Positions 12,312 to 26,250 are shown, counted from the first letter of the whole stretch. The stretch: 63,915 nucleotides of DNA, filler included, from 10 parts of 10 records of this genome joined end to end with filler, not necessarily neighbours in it, one strand, 5' to 3'. Notes: generated by a model from the letters alone, not told the origin. Translations and numbers: made by a program.

Positions 12312-15300
12312 GCTGCCAGGCTTACTACTTGTTCATCATTTGTTGGTGTCAAATCGATCCCGTAATCGTTAAGCAATTTCTTCCGGTCGGCATTAGCCTT
12401 AGCTTGTGCTTTGGTAGCTTCTTTTTCTAAATTAGCATCGTGTTCTTTCGCCGTATGAGCCATGGTGAGCAGATCTTTCCATGCTGCTGTTTGAAAGTCC
12501 GCATCCTGCTTCAATGCCAGGACCTTGTGTTCTTCTACCTTGTACCTAGCCTCTGCAGTGCCGGCCAATTCATCAGCTGCGAGTTTTCGCTTTCTTGATG
12601 TCTTCAGCTGCTCTGCCAGGTTGTTCACTGTACTTTCTGCTTTTTCCTGATGCAGGAGTTGTTGCTGCAGCCTGTCCTTTGTGTCCTCAATCTCTTGGGC
12701 AACTTCTTCTTTCCTGCGTACTGCAGCCTTGGCTTCCGCAGAAGCGGACTGGCCAAAAGCCACAGCAGCCTGATGGCCTCGTTGTAGATGTTGTGCTATT
12801 TCCTTGGCCTTCGTAATTTTGGCCTTAATTTGTCCAGCGACGTTCCTTCCAAGCTGCACGTGGGACGTTACACGATTTGCGTTTCGGATCAGGTCTGCCG
12901 AGGATGCTTTGAGCTGTCTGTGTCGATCAGTGAGCTGCTGATGGTCTTGCTGTACGCTTTCTTCCAATTTTGTTATGCTCGACTTGAGCTTTGCGACCTG
13001 TTGTTGCTTGTCAGTAAGTCTTTTCACGTGCTGTTTCTTGGCATTCAGAGCATGCTGCGCTCCACTTATTGCTTTAGCAATTTTCACTGCAGCGTGTTCA
13101 GCTGTCTTGTGAGCTCGAGTGTCAGCTTCCTTCTGCGCTGCTGATTCTTGCTGCAAGGCGTCATAGTCACTTTGCGCACGAGTTACTGCTCGCTTGGCTT
13201 TGTCTAGCCGGACTACGGCTGCAGCATGCTCACTGCTGGCCACAGTGGCAGCATCTCCAGCTACTGCAAGCACCCCCTCGGAGTCCCGAAGAGCATCAGC
13301 AGCCTTTGTTGCCTGGCGCAGCATGGATGTTGCTTTCCCTTGCATCTTTGCGGCATCTGGCTCTATGATGGTTAGCTCGTCCTTGGTCGTCTTGTGGTGC
13401 TGCTTAGCTTGAACTACTGCCGACACAGCCTGCTCTTGTCTCTTGGTAGCAAGATTCATAGCAAATTCAGCAGCTTTGATCTGCTCAGCTGCACTTGTCC
13501 TGGCCGCATCAAGCATTTCCTTGGACCTTTGGGCGGATGTTTGTGCACCTTTCTCTTTACTATTCGCAGCATAGACCTCATCCTCAGCTGTCCTCAGAGC
13601 TGCCTTTGCCTCTGCGGATTCACTTCTTGCTTCTTCTAGCCTTTCTCGCGCCGTTGAGTGCATTGCCTCGGCGTGCTTTTGAGCATTCCTCATGCCTGGT
13701 ATCCTCATTTGCTGGCTCTGCAATGCCTTCTGACTATGCACCTCGCTTTCCTTGGCCTGAACCTTCTGTTTTGCAGCCGACTTTTGGACTTCTTGTTGCT
13801 CCTGCTCTCGTTTCTTTATGTCCCCAAGCTGACTTGCCAGCCGGGTAGCAGCACCTCGTCGTGCCTCCGCATCCTCACTTGTTGTTGCCACCTGCTGACT
13901 TTGTCGAGCGAGCGCGGCCAGAGCAAGGTGCTCTTCTGTAACCTTGCCAGCAGCATCCTCGGTTCTGTGGGCTACTAACTGTGCAGTGCTTCTTTGCTGG
14001 TGAGCTTTTATTGCTGCATCTTTGCTTGCAGCTGCACTCATCTTTGCAGCCTCCTTTTGCCCTGCCTGAGCCTGCACAAGTGCTTTTTGAGCACCCTTAA
14101 CAGCCCTTTCACTAGCTTCCTTTGATTCTGAACTACGTGCAAGTTCTTGTTTGACCGTATCCAGAAGTGCTGTTTGCTCCGACGAAGATAGTTTGACCAG
14201 GTCAAGTCGTGAGATTACCTTTTGTAGGCCGGTCCTACTTGCCTCTTCACGCGCACTATTGGCATTGAACAGTTCCTGGGTCTTCATCATTTTCGACTGT
14301 GCGACCTGGCGAGCTGTCCCAGCGGCCTGAAATTCCTTCTGGGCGTTTATGAGAACACGGGCTGCCACTTTTAGTTTGTCTTGGATTGTAGGCACAGCCT
14401 TCTTTGCTGCCTCCACTCGAAGCTGAGCTTCTTCTTTGCTCGTCTTTGCTAGATCCGCACGTTCGGTCGCTTGTTCAACCGCTTCTGTAGCCTCACGCAA
14501 CTTTTGAGTGGATAGTGAGGTCTCAATCTTGGCCTGCTCTGCCTGTGACAGAAGGTGCTGTGCTCTCGATGATGCGGCACCCTCGGTCACCCGGGCCCGT
14601 TGGTATTTCTTTGCAAAGGTCGAAGCTGCCGATTTTGTTTGCAAGGCTTCTTTCTGTGCCGCAATAGTATTGTCTGCTGCCGTTTTCTTCTCAGCATTGC
14701 ACCTTTCTCGCTCTGACTTGGCAGCTTCAAGAGCTTTATCTGCCACCACATTTTCCTGTGACATGGCTGTCAATGCCTGTTCTGCACTTTCACGTTGCAG
14801 ATCAAGCTGCTGTGCTTCTTCGCGCTTTGCAGCAGCGTGCTTTGCAGCATCCTCATACTTCAGTGAAGCTGCTTGAGTTCTGATCCGTGCTTCGGTACTG
14901 GCCTGCTGCGCTTTTGCAAAGGCACTCTGTGCCTGCTTTAGCACTTCGTTCGCATCTGAAATCTTACGCCTGGCGGCTTCGACCTTCATAGAATGTTCCG
15001 CTCTAACAGACTTTGACGACGCTGCTCCAGGCACATGCTTCAACGTCTTCGCTATGTTCAGCGACTCCATTGCTGCAAGATGAGTTGACTGTGCCTTCTC
15101 TGATGCTCGAGCAAGCACTGTATCCTCTGGGGCACTGACATCAATCAGGACTTCTTCTTGAAGCGAGAGTTCGATGCAGGTCGCATTCTGTTGACAGTCT
15201 TGTTTGATCTTCTTGGCTTTTGCAGCCAAATCTTGGGCTGCCTTCTCTGCTGTTTTATCCACGTCGACTTTCTGTGCTTCTAAGCCCTGCTTTACTTCTT

Positions 15301-18300
15301 GCACGCGTTTTGAAGATTGCTCAAGTTGAGATTTAACATCGTCTTCAGCTTGCTTGGAAATTTCGGCAGCTTTCTGTGTCGCAGCATCTTCCACTTTGGC
15401 AATGTTCTGCTTGGTTTCTTGACTTTTACGTTCACTGTCCTGGTCTGCCTGCTCTTTTTGCTCACTTGCCGCTTGGAAGGCCTTCTCAGATTCTTGCTTC
15501 TGCTTCATGGCATCTGCCTCTAACTTTTGAGCATCAGATGTAGCGCTTTGTACAACCACTGTCTTATCTTCAGTGGCTTCCTTAGCTGAATTCTTGATAA
15601 TACGCTGCTTGAGCTTTGCAGCTTTTTCGAGCAGTTTGGCAATGTGGGCTGAGGCAGCCTCATGCGTGGCAGTGATGCTGCCCGAAGTCTGGTCAAGGCG
15701 AGATTTGGCTGCATTCTTCTCAGACATTGCCGTTTCGGTGCCCGTAGAACTGTTTGAGCTGATGCCATGAGCTCTGCTTGCAAGCTGCTCGGACTTTGCT
15801 TTTGCAGCGGCACCAATTCTCTTGCTCTCGGTAGTTGCAGCCGCGAGAATCGAGTTGGCGCGCTTCTTTGCATTAGCTACTCGCTTTCCTACCTTCTGCA
15901 TTACAGCATCATGAGCTTGGTCAGCGGCTTGCTTTTCCTTTGCTTCCTTGTCTGAGACCAGCTTGCCAGCCTTCTGTTCAGCTTGCACCTTTTTGAGACG
16001 CGCTTGCCGCATTTCGGAGTCTGCAGTGCTCGTCTGGTTATCAAGGCAATCGACTTGATCATCGTAGCTTTCTTTGGCCTTAGCCTCGTCAACTGCAGCT
16101 TGCTTCTGCAATTCACTAGACTGCTTCAATACATCGCGACGCACTTTATCGGCATCTGTCTGAGCCTGATGCAAAATAGCCTTGTGCATTTCGTCCACTG
16201 CACTATCAAGTATGCGGGCATGGTTTTCCTGTGCCTTCTTTGCTGCCATTGTAGCTTCTTCCAATTGTGTAGACGCAACTTTCAAAGCCAAAACAGCTGC
16301 TGTTTCTTGTCGCTTCGCTGTCTCACTGAGCTCCCTAGAATCGTTTGCAACCTTCTCTTCTTCCTGTGCAGTTTTACTCGCCCGTGCCGCCTGGCCGGTT
16401 ACTCTTTCCTTCAAATTCTGAGCTGAACTGAGCGCCTTGTGTGAAGTTTCTGCTTCCCGTGCTGCAGCAGTCACTGCAGCCCCACAATCCCTTGTCACCA
16501 CACTGCGCTCTTGGTCCATTGCCTCTGCGAGATCTTCTTGGGCTTTTACTTGCTTCGCTGCAGACTCAACCTGAAGAGCCTGGGCCTTCTTGAGTTCTCG
16601 TTCCTTCTCTTGTGCAGTGTCGACTCCTTGCTGTGCTGCCTTGATCTTTTCATTCTGCGCTGCCTTGTCCCTTGAAGACTCCTTCTTCACTGTCTGCATT
16701 CTTTGCTCAAGTGCATTCTTCTCATCATTGGCTCGAGTTTCTAGAGGTATTGCGACCCTGTAAGCAAAGCTGGCTTTTTGTTTCTCAGTCTTCGCTATTT
16801 CTTTTTCACGGGTGGTCTCTCCAGCTACTGCTTTAGCTTTCTTCAAAGTCTGCCTTGCTCGTCTGAATGCCTTTTGTGTTGTGAAATCTGCAGTCTCAGC
16901 CACCTCAAGATCCTCTTCATTCTTTTGTACTTCCGCCACTTGTTGTGTTAGCACTGCTCTCATTCTGTCACTGCGATGTGACAATGTTTTTTCAGTCCCT
17001 TTAAGCGTATCTGCTTTCGACTGTCGCGCTACGTGACGTTGTTGCGTTGACCTCAGTACATTCAAAGACTTCTGGTAGGTATCCTCACCGAGGGCAAGCT
17101 TGGAGGTAGCTTTTTTCAATGTCTCCTCTTTCCCTGTGAGCACCTCAGCAGCTCTGTGTTGCTCGGTATCTGCTTGTTGCTTTGCTAGATGGTTTGCCTT
17201 GTCAGAGGATACTGCTTCAGCTAGCTCCTCATTACTCTCCTCTAGCTTCTTATTTGCGGACTGGGCACTGGCTTTGGCGATCTGCTCTTTCTCTGTTTCT
17301 TCCTGCAACGCTTCTTGACTTTGACTCGCAGCTCGTTGAGAGGAAGCCTCTTGAACTTCAAGCTCCTGGGTTCTTAATTTCAAATCGACCAAGCTCTCTT
17401 CGATCTGCTTCAGCTCGGCTGTGCGGTCCATGTATTCGAGTACTTTTGCCTCATATTCCCTTTTCTGTGTCTTTGCCTCGGCCAAGGCCATTTTATATGC
17501 ATTTGAAGCCTCTGTCAACTTTTCTTCAGCCTTTGCTAGCGTTTTCTTGCGCCTAGGAACAACAAGTAGTTCTGGTGCCCCTTTGGCCTCATCGACAGCC
17601 GCTTCTTGGACCTCGAGCTGCTGCCTTGATTTACGGAGTTCTGCCTGGGATTGAGTCCACGCGCTTTCTGCTGTGAGCACAGGAGCTTTTGTGTTCTCTT
17701 TTACCTCTTGGTGTTGGGTTTTTGCTTGTGATCCAGCAGTGGTGGCCTTGATCTTCTCCTCTTCAGCAAGTTGGCTCATTTGTTGAGCTTGTCTGAACGC
17801 CAGCTGTGCTGTGTGCAGCTTATCCTCCATCATCCTTGCTGCAGCAGCGGCTGCATCAGCCTTGCTCTGCGCAGCTGCAGCGGATTCTGTGGCAAGAGCC
17901 ATGGCTGCAGAAGCCTTCCTTTGGGCATCTTGCTTTTCCTTCAGGGCCTCCTGCGCTGCTTGGAGTCCAGCATTTGATGGCTCGATTTTTAACACAGCCT
18001 GATTTACCTTCGATCGAGCAGCTTCTTTAGACTTTTGGGCTTCGTCTGTATGCAATTTGGACCGGGCTGTAATGCTCTTGAGCTCAAGCTTTGCCTCATC
18101 TGACCTGTGCTGCAAGGAATCTACAAGCCGCTGGTGGAAACTAACCTCAGATTTTGCAGTCCTGCTTTGGCCCTTGATAGCTTTTAGAGCCTGGGCTGCC
18201 TCTTCGTGCAGTTCAGTAACTTTATCACTTGCAGCTGCCGCAGTCTCAGCATCTGCTGATAATGCTTTAAGCTGTTCTCCTGTTACTGCTCTGCTTGTTG

Positions 18301-19277
18301 AAATAACTTTTCTGCTATTTTCTAAAGATTTCAGAGGTGCTGACACATTGAGCTCATTTAATCCTGCCAGAGCTGCATGGGCCTTTTCAACAGCTGCTGC
18401 AGCAGATGATGCTTTATCACTCGAGTCTTCAGATACTGATGCAGCCTTGCTGCTGCGTCTATCTGCCTGGCGTCGGAGGACATCAGAAACTGCAACGGCT
18501 TGTTGGGTCAAATGGACAGTTTTCACCGCTTTTGAATATTTAGCCTTGGCTTTCTTGTAATCCGCCATGATTGAGGCGAGCTCAGACACAGCTTCACTGA
18601 CAGACTCTGCAGTATCGATATGCTTCTCTTTGATTGATTGAATCTCCTTGCTTTTGAGAATCACAAGTGCTCGAAGTTTCTCCATCTGTCTTTGCGCCGT
18701 CTCTGCAGCCTTTTCGCGTCGGACCATATCTTGTTGCTGCTCTTCACTTGCAACACGAGACAGCGCAGCTGCATCTTCTGAGGACCGGGCAGCCTGCACA
18801 GCAGCTTTTTTAGAAGCTTCCCTCACCTTGGCAGCTTGGCGCTCCTGGTGCGCTTGTGCATCATATCCAACAACGCGCAGGGACTGCACTGCATTGTCTC
18901 TGATAAGCTGGACGAATGCAGCTGTTCTCCATTCACCCGGAGTCACAATTATTTCTGTGCCTTCTAGATTCCCCGTGTAGAGAACAGCCTCGCAGTTTTC
19001 AGGAACTTGAATTGAGCTGGCAGCATTTATTATTGCCCCATGAGTTGTGAACTTCTTTGTCGGATAGACACCAAGAGCAAAGCGAGCAGTCCATTCTTGG
19101 CCAATATCCCCACCATATAATTTGACCTCACCACGGCAACTCGGCTGTGTCTCTTCTGCATGTTGCGCAATCTCTTCGGCCTGTAATGCCCGATTGAATA
19201 CCTGGATTTGAGCAATCTTGCCATTGAAATATTTGCCATCGCCAGCATGCCCTCGGCCCACAATCACGCCCAGCGAT
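12312..19277 (-). CDS. Giant intronless coiled-coil protein fragment with LamG/ConA-like and beta-gamma-crystallin-like segments; truncated at both ends
   Basis: IVGRG..DGKYFNGKIAQIQVFNRALQAEEI matches a LamG C-terminus. SSIQVPENCEAVLY...DNAVQSLRV is crystallin-like. More than 2100 aa of A/K/E/Q-rich helical sequence follow. Confidence 0.75.
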
Positions 19278-19677
19278 NNNNNNNNNNNNNNNNNNNNNNN
19301 NNNNNNNNNNNNNNNNNNNNNTTAATTAATTAANNNNNNNNNNNNNNNNNNNNNNNNNNNNNNNNNNNNNNNNNNNNCAGAGGTGGTACATGAGGTGGTA
19401 TTGCCGAAGAATTCATGAATCGCATGAATCATGATCTGGAATTCTGGATCTTTAGTTAGTGTCTGAACACGACCCCGGCGCACGACCTAGTGCGCTAGTG
19501 GTGGAGTAGTGGTGGAGCGGAGCGAGTCGAGTGTACATAAGTCGAGGCGAGTGGACAGAGCACGCGGTGGTGGCCGTAGGAACATGAGGAACAGCACCAA
19601 CCTAGAGCAGCCTCAAGGAATTCGGAAATTGCTCAGGCCGATTCTGAAATAATATTTCTTCAGTTGAGACTTACGAG

Positions 19678-22600
19678 ATGGCGAATTTGCCAGCTTACTG
19701 GATCGGTCTGGCGCTCAGCTGCGTGCTGGGGGCGGCCGAGCTGGTTGTGCCGCTTCCGGACTCGGCGGTGGTGCTGGCGCAGCTGGGCCAAGACCAGCCG
19801 CCCGGCCCGGGGCAAGACCCGGCGCTACGGCAGGCGCTCTTGGCCTCGGCGCACGCCGAGGCCAGGCAGCGGGCCGAGGCGGCGGCCGAGCGGTCGGAGC
19901 ACATCAGGGCCGAGGCCACGGTGGCCCAGAGCAAGGTGGCCGAGGACCCGGCCGAGCGGGTGTCCCAGATGGATCAGTTCCTGGACCACATCCAGAAGAT
20001 GAAGCACTCGCTTGCGAAGTCGGCCGCCAGCCGCGAGATCATCGGCGCCGGCGGGGCCGCGGGCGGGCCTGTCGGTGGTCCCCGGTTGGAGCGGGCGGCG
20101 GCCAAGGAGGTGCTGGCCGGGAATCAGAAGGCGATCAAGGCGATCAAGGACCGGGCGGCCTCAGACAAGATGTCGGCCGCGGTGGAACAGATGCAGCTCA
20201 GCCAGCAGATCAAGGCGGTGGCCACCAAGCTTGAGGAAGAGAAGGCCCAGCTGCGCGACCGGCAGCAGCTCGAGGCACTCCAGCGGGAGTCGGCAGCCAA
20301 GATCGAGGCTGGAGAGGAGCAGTTGCAGCTGCAGGAAGCGAAGATGGCAATCCAAGCTCAGGCCGGCCGGCAACAGGCCGTGCTCAAGCGGCAAGCCGAG
20401 CTGGTCAAGCAGAGGCTGGCCGCCGAGCGTCAGAAGGATGCGGCCAAGGAAAAGAGCTTGCTGGGAGAGCTCGACGCCGTCAAGGCTCGCACAGCTGAGA
20501 AGTCGGCGGCAGCCAAGGCCGAGATTAGCCGAGCCAAGAGCGAGGCCAAAGCCAAGGAGCGGGAGGCCGAGGCCGAGGGGCTCAGCCTGAAGCGGCAAGC
20601 GGCAGACCAGGAAAGGGGTCTGCTGGATCAGGCGGCTCAGGCCAAGGCGGACGAGCAAGAGATCAGTGGGCTCAAGCTGAAGCAGCGCGACGTGGAACAA
20701 CTGGCTGGAGGCGCCACCGGCCAGCTCGCGGCGTACAGCCAGAAAGACATGGCCGCCAAGAGCGAAAGCAAGAGGTTGGAGGCTCAGCTGGCCGCCGCAG
20801 AGGCTGAGGCGACTAGGCTTATGGACAAGAAGGAAGAGCTCGTTGGGCAAGTGGAGCTGGCCAGGCAGCGGGCGGGCAAGGCGGTGAAGGACAAGATGGG
20901 CTCGACGGCCACTCTGAGCAAGCTCAAGCATCTGCAGGAGAAACTGAAGCTGGTGCAAGGCACCGAGGACGGCATGCGACAGGGTCTGGCCCAGGCGCAG
21001 CAGGCCGAGCTGGCCCGGGTGCGCGAGCTGAAGCACCAGCGGCTCAAGGCCGAGATGGAGGAGAAGGAGGAGGCCAACCGGCTCTCGCTGATCAAGAGCA
21101 AGGACCAAGCGAAGCTGGAGGCGGTTAAGAGAGAAGGCGAGGAGCGCACAAAGGCTGCCCAGCGGCAGGCGGCTCGGACCGAGGCCAAGGAGGAGGCGGC
21201 CGTCCAGAAGAGCAAAATGGATGCGGCCGATGCGCTGGACAAGCAGAAGGCACACGAGGAGGAGCTCGAGACTCAAATGAAGAGTGCTCTTGACGCCAAG
21301 CTTGCAGGGATCAAGAGGCAATCAGATGCGCTCGATTCCAAGCTCAAGCTGAACAGGGAGCAGATCCAGACCCAGCTGGCGGAGGAGCAGGACAAGCTGA
21401 ATAGCGAGATCAAGATAGCCAACCAGAGGGCTGCCGAGGCGAGGCAGAACGCCAAGAGCGAGAGCAAGACGCTCGCAGGGCAAATCAGAGCCGAGAAGGC
21501 CGAGGCCAAGGCTGAGGGCACCAAGGAGGTGGCCGACCTCAAGGCTGATACGGCCCAGCGGATGGAAGCTCTGCAGCACGAGGCAAGGATACAGGTTGAG
21601 CAGGCGGCGGAGCGGGCCCAGGAAATACAGGAGCAGGCAACAAACATGCAGCGAGCCCTGACTGAGCGCGAGAGGCTGGCGGCGCTGAACGCCAAGGAGC
21701 TGGCGCATCAGAGGGTCGAGGGGCTGCGGGCCAAGGCAAAGGTGGCACTTGAAGATGCTGAAGCTATGGCTAATAAAAACAAGGACACTCAGATCAGGGC
21801 GGCGGAGATAGCAGCAGCCCAGGCCGAAGCCGCACTCAAGTCAGCGCAGGCTAGGGCGAAGGAACTTCGGGATCAGCATGAGGCTCTGACAAGCGATGAG
21901 GAGCAGAGCACTGAGCAACTCAAGGAAAGCTTGAGCCAAACCAAGGAGGAGCTAGAGCAAGCCGTAGTCCAACAGGTGCCGTCTGGGCCTGCCCCAGGCT
22001 GAGGCGGGGACAGGCGAGTCTGGAGAAGAACATCCGTGACAAACAAGTACAGGTAGCGCATCAGTCGGATCTTCAGCATGAAGCGAGCGCCGAGGAGAAG
22101 CAGCTGCGCGCGTTCAAGGCTGTGTTTGCAAACAGTGAGCGCCTGCCTTGTGCCCAGCCTGCTGATCTGATTGTTTCAGAGTTGCGAGTGGTCACGAGCA
22201 GAGTAGTTGAACTCACAAAGCAGCTGAATGAGGTGAAGAGGCGCGAAGAGGCTCGAGAAATGCGGGTGAGCACCGCGGCTGAGGAGCTGGAGTCTGCTCG
22301 GAACAAACACATGCAACTCAAGAGCCAGCTTCAGGTAATTGAAGACGCACGAAAGAACGCCGCAGCCAAGGCAGCCGAGGCTGCGGCCGAGAACGTGAAC
22401 AATGCACTCAAGGTGCCAATAGCCGCCAAGTGGGTGCCAGGGACTCATGGGGGTGTTGCAGCACGCGAAGGTAGAAGCTGCGTTGAAGGAGAGCCAGATG
22501 CAGGAGGAGGAGGGCGCGGAGCAGCGCCGGGTGGCCAGGCTGCGGAGAGAGGCTGAGGAGAGCAGGCAGACTGTCGCCAGGCTGAACCGGATGCGAACAA

Positions 22601-22962
22601 GCCGTCGGCTGCTGAGCCAAGAACAGAGTCAAAGCTTGGACGCGGCCACTGCTGAAGAAGTGGCGACGTCCTGTGCTGAGCAGTGCGGCAAAGACGGGCT
22701 TGTGCTGGTCTGGCCGTTCAAATGTCTCAAGGACTGCATGGCTAAGCGGATTGGGAAACTGAAGCCTGTAGCCGATCACAGCGAACCAGCACTTGTCAAG
22801 CAGAAGTCAGATTTAAGTCAAGCGAACAGCAAGCTGAAGATCGAGCTGGCTGGACTTAAATCTGACTTGGCAGCAGCCAAGGCCGAGCTCGGGGAAAGCA
22901 ACCACGATAAAGCTGCCAAGTCTAGTGACAAAAAGGTGGACTTGGGGGAGTCAAATCTGCCG
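19678..22962 (+). CDS. Secreted long coiled-coil protein, 3'-truncated
   Basis: Signal peptide MANLPAYWIGLALSCVLGA, then A/E/K/Q heptads. Continues through small introns into ORFs 22122 and 22447. Contains a 4-Cys motif CAEQC...CLKDC and LGESN repeats. Confidence 0.75.
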
Positions 22963-23165
22963 NNNNNNNNNNNNNNNNNNNNNNNNNNNNNNNNNNNNNN
23001 NNNNNNTTAATTAATTAANNNNNNNNNNNNNNNNNNNNNNNNNNNNNNNNNNNNNNNNNNNNGCGTGTTAGTGTTATCTATTGGTCTACTATTGGTCAAT
23101 TTTCATGACTGTCATTAATTAAACTATCTGGATTCTATATAGATATAGATGTACCATATGCATCG

Positions 23166-25221
23166 TCACGGTGGCATGGCTTCACGACGAATTGCCCGAG
23201 TCGCAGGATCCTCACACCAATGCGACCATTCATCAGAGTCGGAGAGCTGACTCGGATCATCTGCAAAAGCAAAGCTTTCAGACTAGCACTTACAGGCCGA
23301 GGCGTACCGTTCAGACTCTCTTCAGAAACATCCTCGCTGGTGGTGTCTGGTGGTAGCGTCTCGAACAAAGAACTTCGGCGAGTTGTAACAAGCCATGACT
23401 CGGCGACTTGAGGTCGAACTGTCTCGTACACCAACGAGACTAAATGCATATTGGCCTGCCTCCACCGCTTGCCAACAAATGGCATCATGGCTTTTTGAAC
23501 ACGGAGTGCGCATATCCTCGTGTTGCCGCTAGAGCTTTCGACGAGCTTGCGAAAGATGCTGGGTCCCTTGAGCTCAATCAGCTTGTGTACCGTAGGAGGC
23601 CATCGCTTGGTTACAACCCAGATCAGCCTGGCAGTAGCCGAAATCGAACGCTGTTGCTGAGAGGTTACGACTGCCTTGTGGAAGGTCCTTGGGGTAGGGT
23701 CCCACGTGGCCTCATCCGGCTCCGGCTCTTCGGTGCTCTCGTCCTTGTCCCACGCATTTGCTCCGAGCCTGTGACTCAGGAAGCGCAGCAGCGGTTCGCA
23801 CAGGCCCTGCTCGAGCACGACCCGCGACAGGCACGACTGCTGCTGCTTGTTGGATGATTTGATCAGCATGGTAAGCGACTGGGCAGTACCGTCCACTAGC
23901 AGGTCCAGCCTGCTGCTGGCCTCAACCCCAACTGGCTGGTGCAAAAGAGCCATTATCATCGCGCCCATGTTTTGTGTGGCAGAAGGTAGGAAGAGTTGGG
24001 CAGACTGGAGCACCTTGTTGCTAAGTTCTGCAGCATTGGATGAGCTGAGGCCCGGCTGATGCTCCTCAAACATGGCGTCCACAACCATCGCCACATCTCG
24101 ATTGTCTGAAGCCTGCTGCACCGCTGACCCCACACTTGGCACCCGGCGGGGCAGCCGGCACCTCGGGTCATGACGGCGTATCCCTCGCGGAGCGGCAGCG
24201 GCAGGTCGGTGATGGCTCGGTTCGCGAACATGGGAAATGCGCGTCTCAGTTGCTTGGTGTACTCGCGCAGCTCGCGCTCGGACGACTTGAGAGCTGTGCC
24301 GTGGCCTGGCAGGGTCCCATTGATCGGTGCGAGCTCGCCCAGAGTTCTGACCAGCGATTGGTACAGTAGTATCACCTGCTGGCCAGCTGAGCCCGCCCAG
24401 CCCACACCGACCAATCCAGCCGGCTTGTCCGAGTCAGCGGCGGACGGAGCAGCCAACGCTGAGAGCAGCAGGCTGACCAGCTCGACCAGCTCGTGCCTGG
24501 TGCACAGCTTGGTCTGGGCCCGATCCGAGATCACCAGGCACCTGCCGCCGGCTCAGCCGCTCAGCCAGCCGCCACCATGCGAGAGCCAGCCAGGGCGCCA
24601 GCCCGGTCCAGGCCTGCTCATACTGGCTTGTGTGCTCTGACTCGTCGCCCTCGGCGCAAGGCCGCACGGCGAGCTTGGCCACTGCCACCAGCTGCCGCCG
24701 GAGCTGCTGGGTGACTGTTGGGAGCGCGCCGGCTGACAGCACCTCGGCCGTCATCTCGAGGCAGGGTGCCGGCGGCCACGAAGGGCAGAGCTGCCAGCAG
24801 GTTGAGCCGGGCGGCGGGCCGGCTCGCCTGGTCGGGTTGGGGCGCAATCACCAGCTGGAGCAGCGCCGAGACCGCCTGGCTCTGGCCGGCCTCAAGCTCC
24901 AGCCGGTCGAGCAGCAGCCCCACGAGCTCCCCGCCGCACTCGGCCCGGGCCCGGCCCAAGTCGGCGGCCGCCTGGCTGATGAGCAGCTGCCGGTCCCCGT
25001 TGATGGTGAACAGCTCCTCGGCACCGGCCAGCAGCAGCTCCCGCCGGTGCGAGGCGCTGTCGGTCGGCTGGGCCGGCGGGTGGGCCAGGTGCGACCGGCT
25101 CGACCTAGGCGACCGGCTCGACTTTGGGCTGGGCACCTGCCGGCGCTCGCCGGGCCCCAGAGCGGCCGCAGACCAGCACCGGCCCGTCCGTTTCATCCAG
25201 ACAGTCGAACGCCGGCTCCAT
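23166..25221 (-). CDS. STRIP: Striatin-interacting protein (STRIP/Far11; N1221 + DUF3402-like)
   Basis: C-terminal ALRVQKAMMPFVGKRWRQANMHLVSLVYETVRPQVAESWL matches the Far11/STRIP signature (LGRQWRKSNM...IY..VR....DW). Also LPLPLREGYAVM. Confidence 0.75.
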
Positions 25222-25291
25222 ACCCAGCCCAGGGGTGCCAACAAAGCCGTTAGGACGGCCGGTGCCGCCGAGGCTTCACGGCCAGTTACGA

Positions 25292-26250
25292 ATGGAGCGC
25301 TCCCCTGAGGACAGGGGCGTGCGGTGGCGGCAGCAGATGGACGGTGCTGGGGACGCGGCGGCGGCGATGCAGTGCAAGCTGGCGCCGGGGGACGAGCTGA
25401 AGGTGGAAGTTCTCTTCCCGAGCTGGCAGTGGAAGCAGGTGGACATCTACGGCGCTGTGGTAGTGCGCAAGAAGTGCAGAGCGCTCGAGGAAGGCGACGT
25501 GGTGCGCGGGCGCAGCTCGGACCGGCCTGATGGGCTGGGCAGGTCGTGATGGCCAACAAAGTCCGGAATAGCCCCGACGAAATCCGGGACGAGATCCGGC
25601 GCTGCCTGCGCGAGCGGAAGCCGCTGACCGTCAGATTCATACCGCGGCAGGAGGCCCAGTACCGGGATACGCTCGAGGCCCCGGGCAAGAGCTCGCCTGG
25701 GCCGGAGCCGGAGGGCGAATACGAGTTTAGCGAGGCGCAGAATAAAGTGCTCCGGCAGCTGGTCGGGATGATGTTCCAGACAGCCGCCCTGTTCGCCGCC
25801 GTGTGCGTGGCCAGCTGCGCCGAGGCGATATACAAGCACTACCAGGCCACCGGCGAGCAGCCACCGGATGTGTCGGCGGTCAGCGATGCAATAGATTACA
25901 TGTTCTACGCTTACTTTCTGCAGAGGGCGAGTGAAAGCTTTGTGAAGGTGACCACAACTGCGGGGAGTGACATCAGTCTGTTACTGGCTGCGCTTAACCA
26001 GCTTTACTTGCTGTTCAAGAGGATGCGGTTCGTGTGCGCGATCTACATCCTCAAGACGTGCGCCTTGATTGCCATTGAATTCCCGCGGGTCAAGCGGCTG
26101 TTCAAAACTCCAAAGACCAACCTCAAGTCTCCGTTGGCCATGACTGCCAACCAAGCAACGCTGGTCATAGTTTTTGCTTCGCTTATCTTGACAGGGATCG
26201 GTCTCATTGGCATCAGATTCGACAAACAGAAAATGGAGCACGATGCATGA
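25292..26250 (+). CDS. Multi-pass membrane protein of unknown function
   Basis: ATG at 25292, one 41-nt intron into ORF 25546-26250. About 4 hydrophobic helices. Motifs YEFSEAQNKVL and SFVKVTTTAGSDISLLLAAL. Confidence 0.7.
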
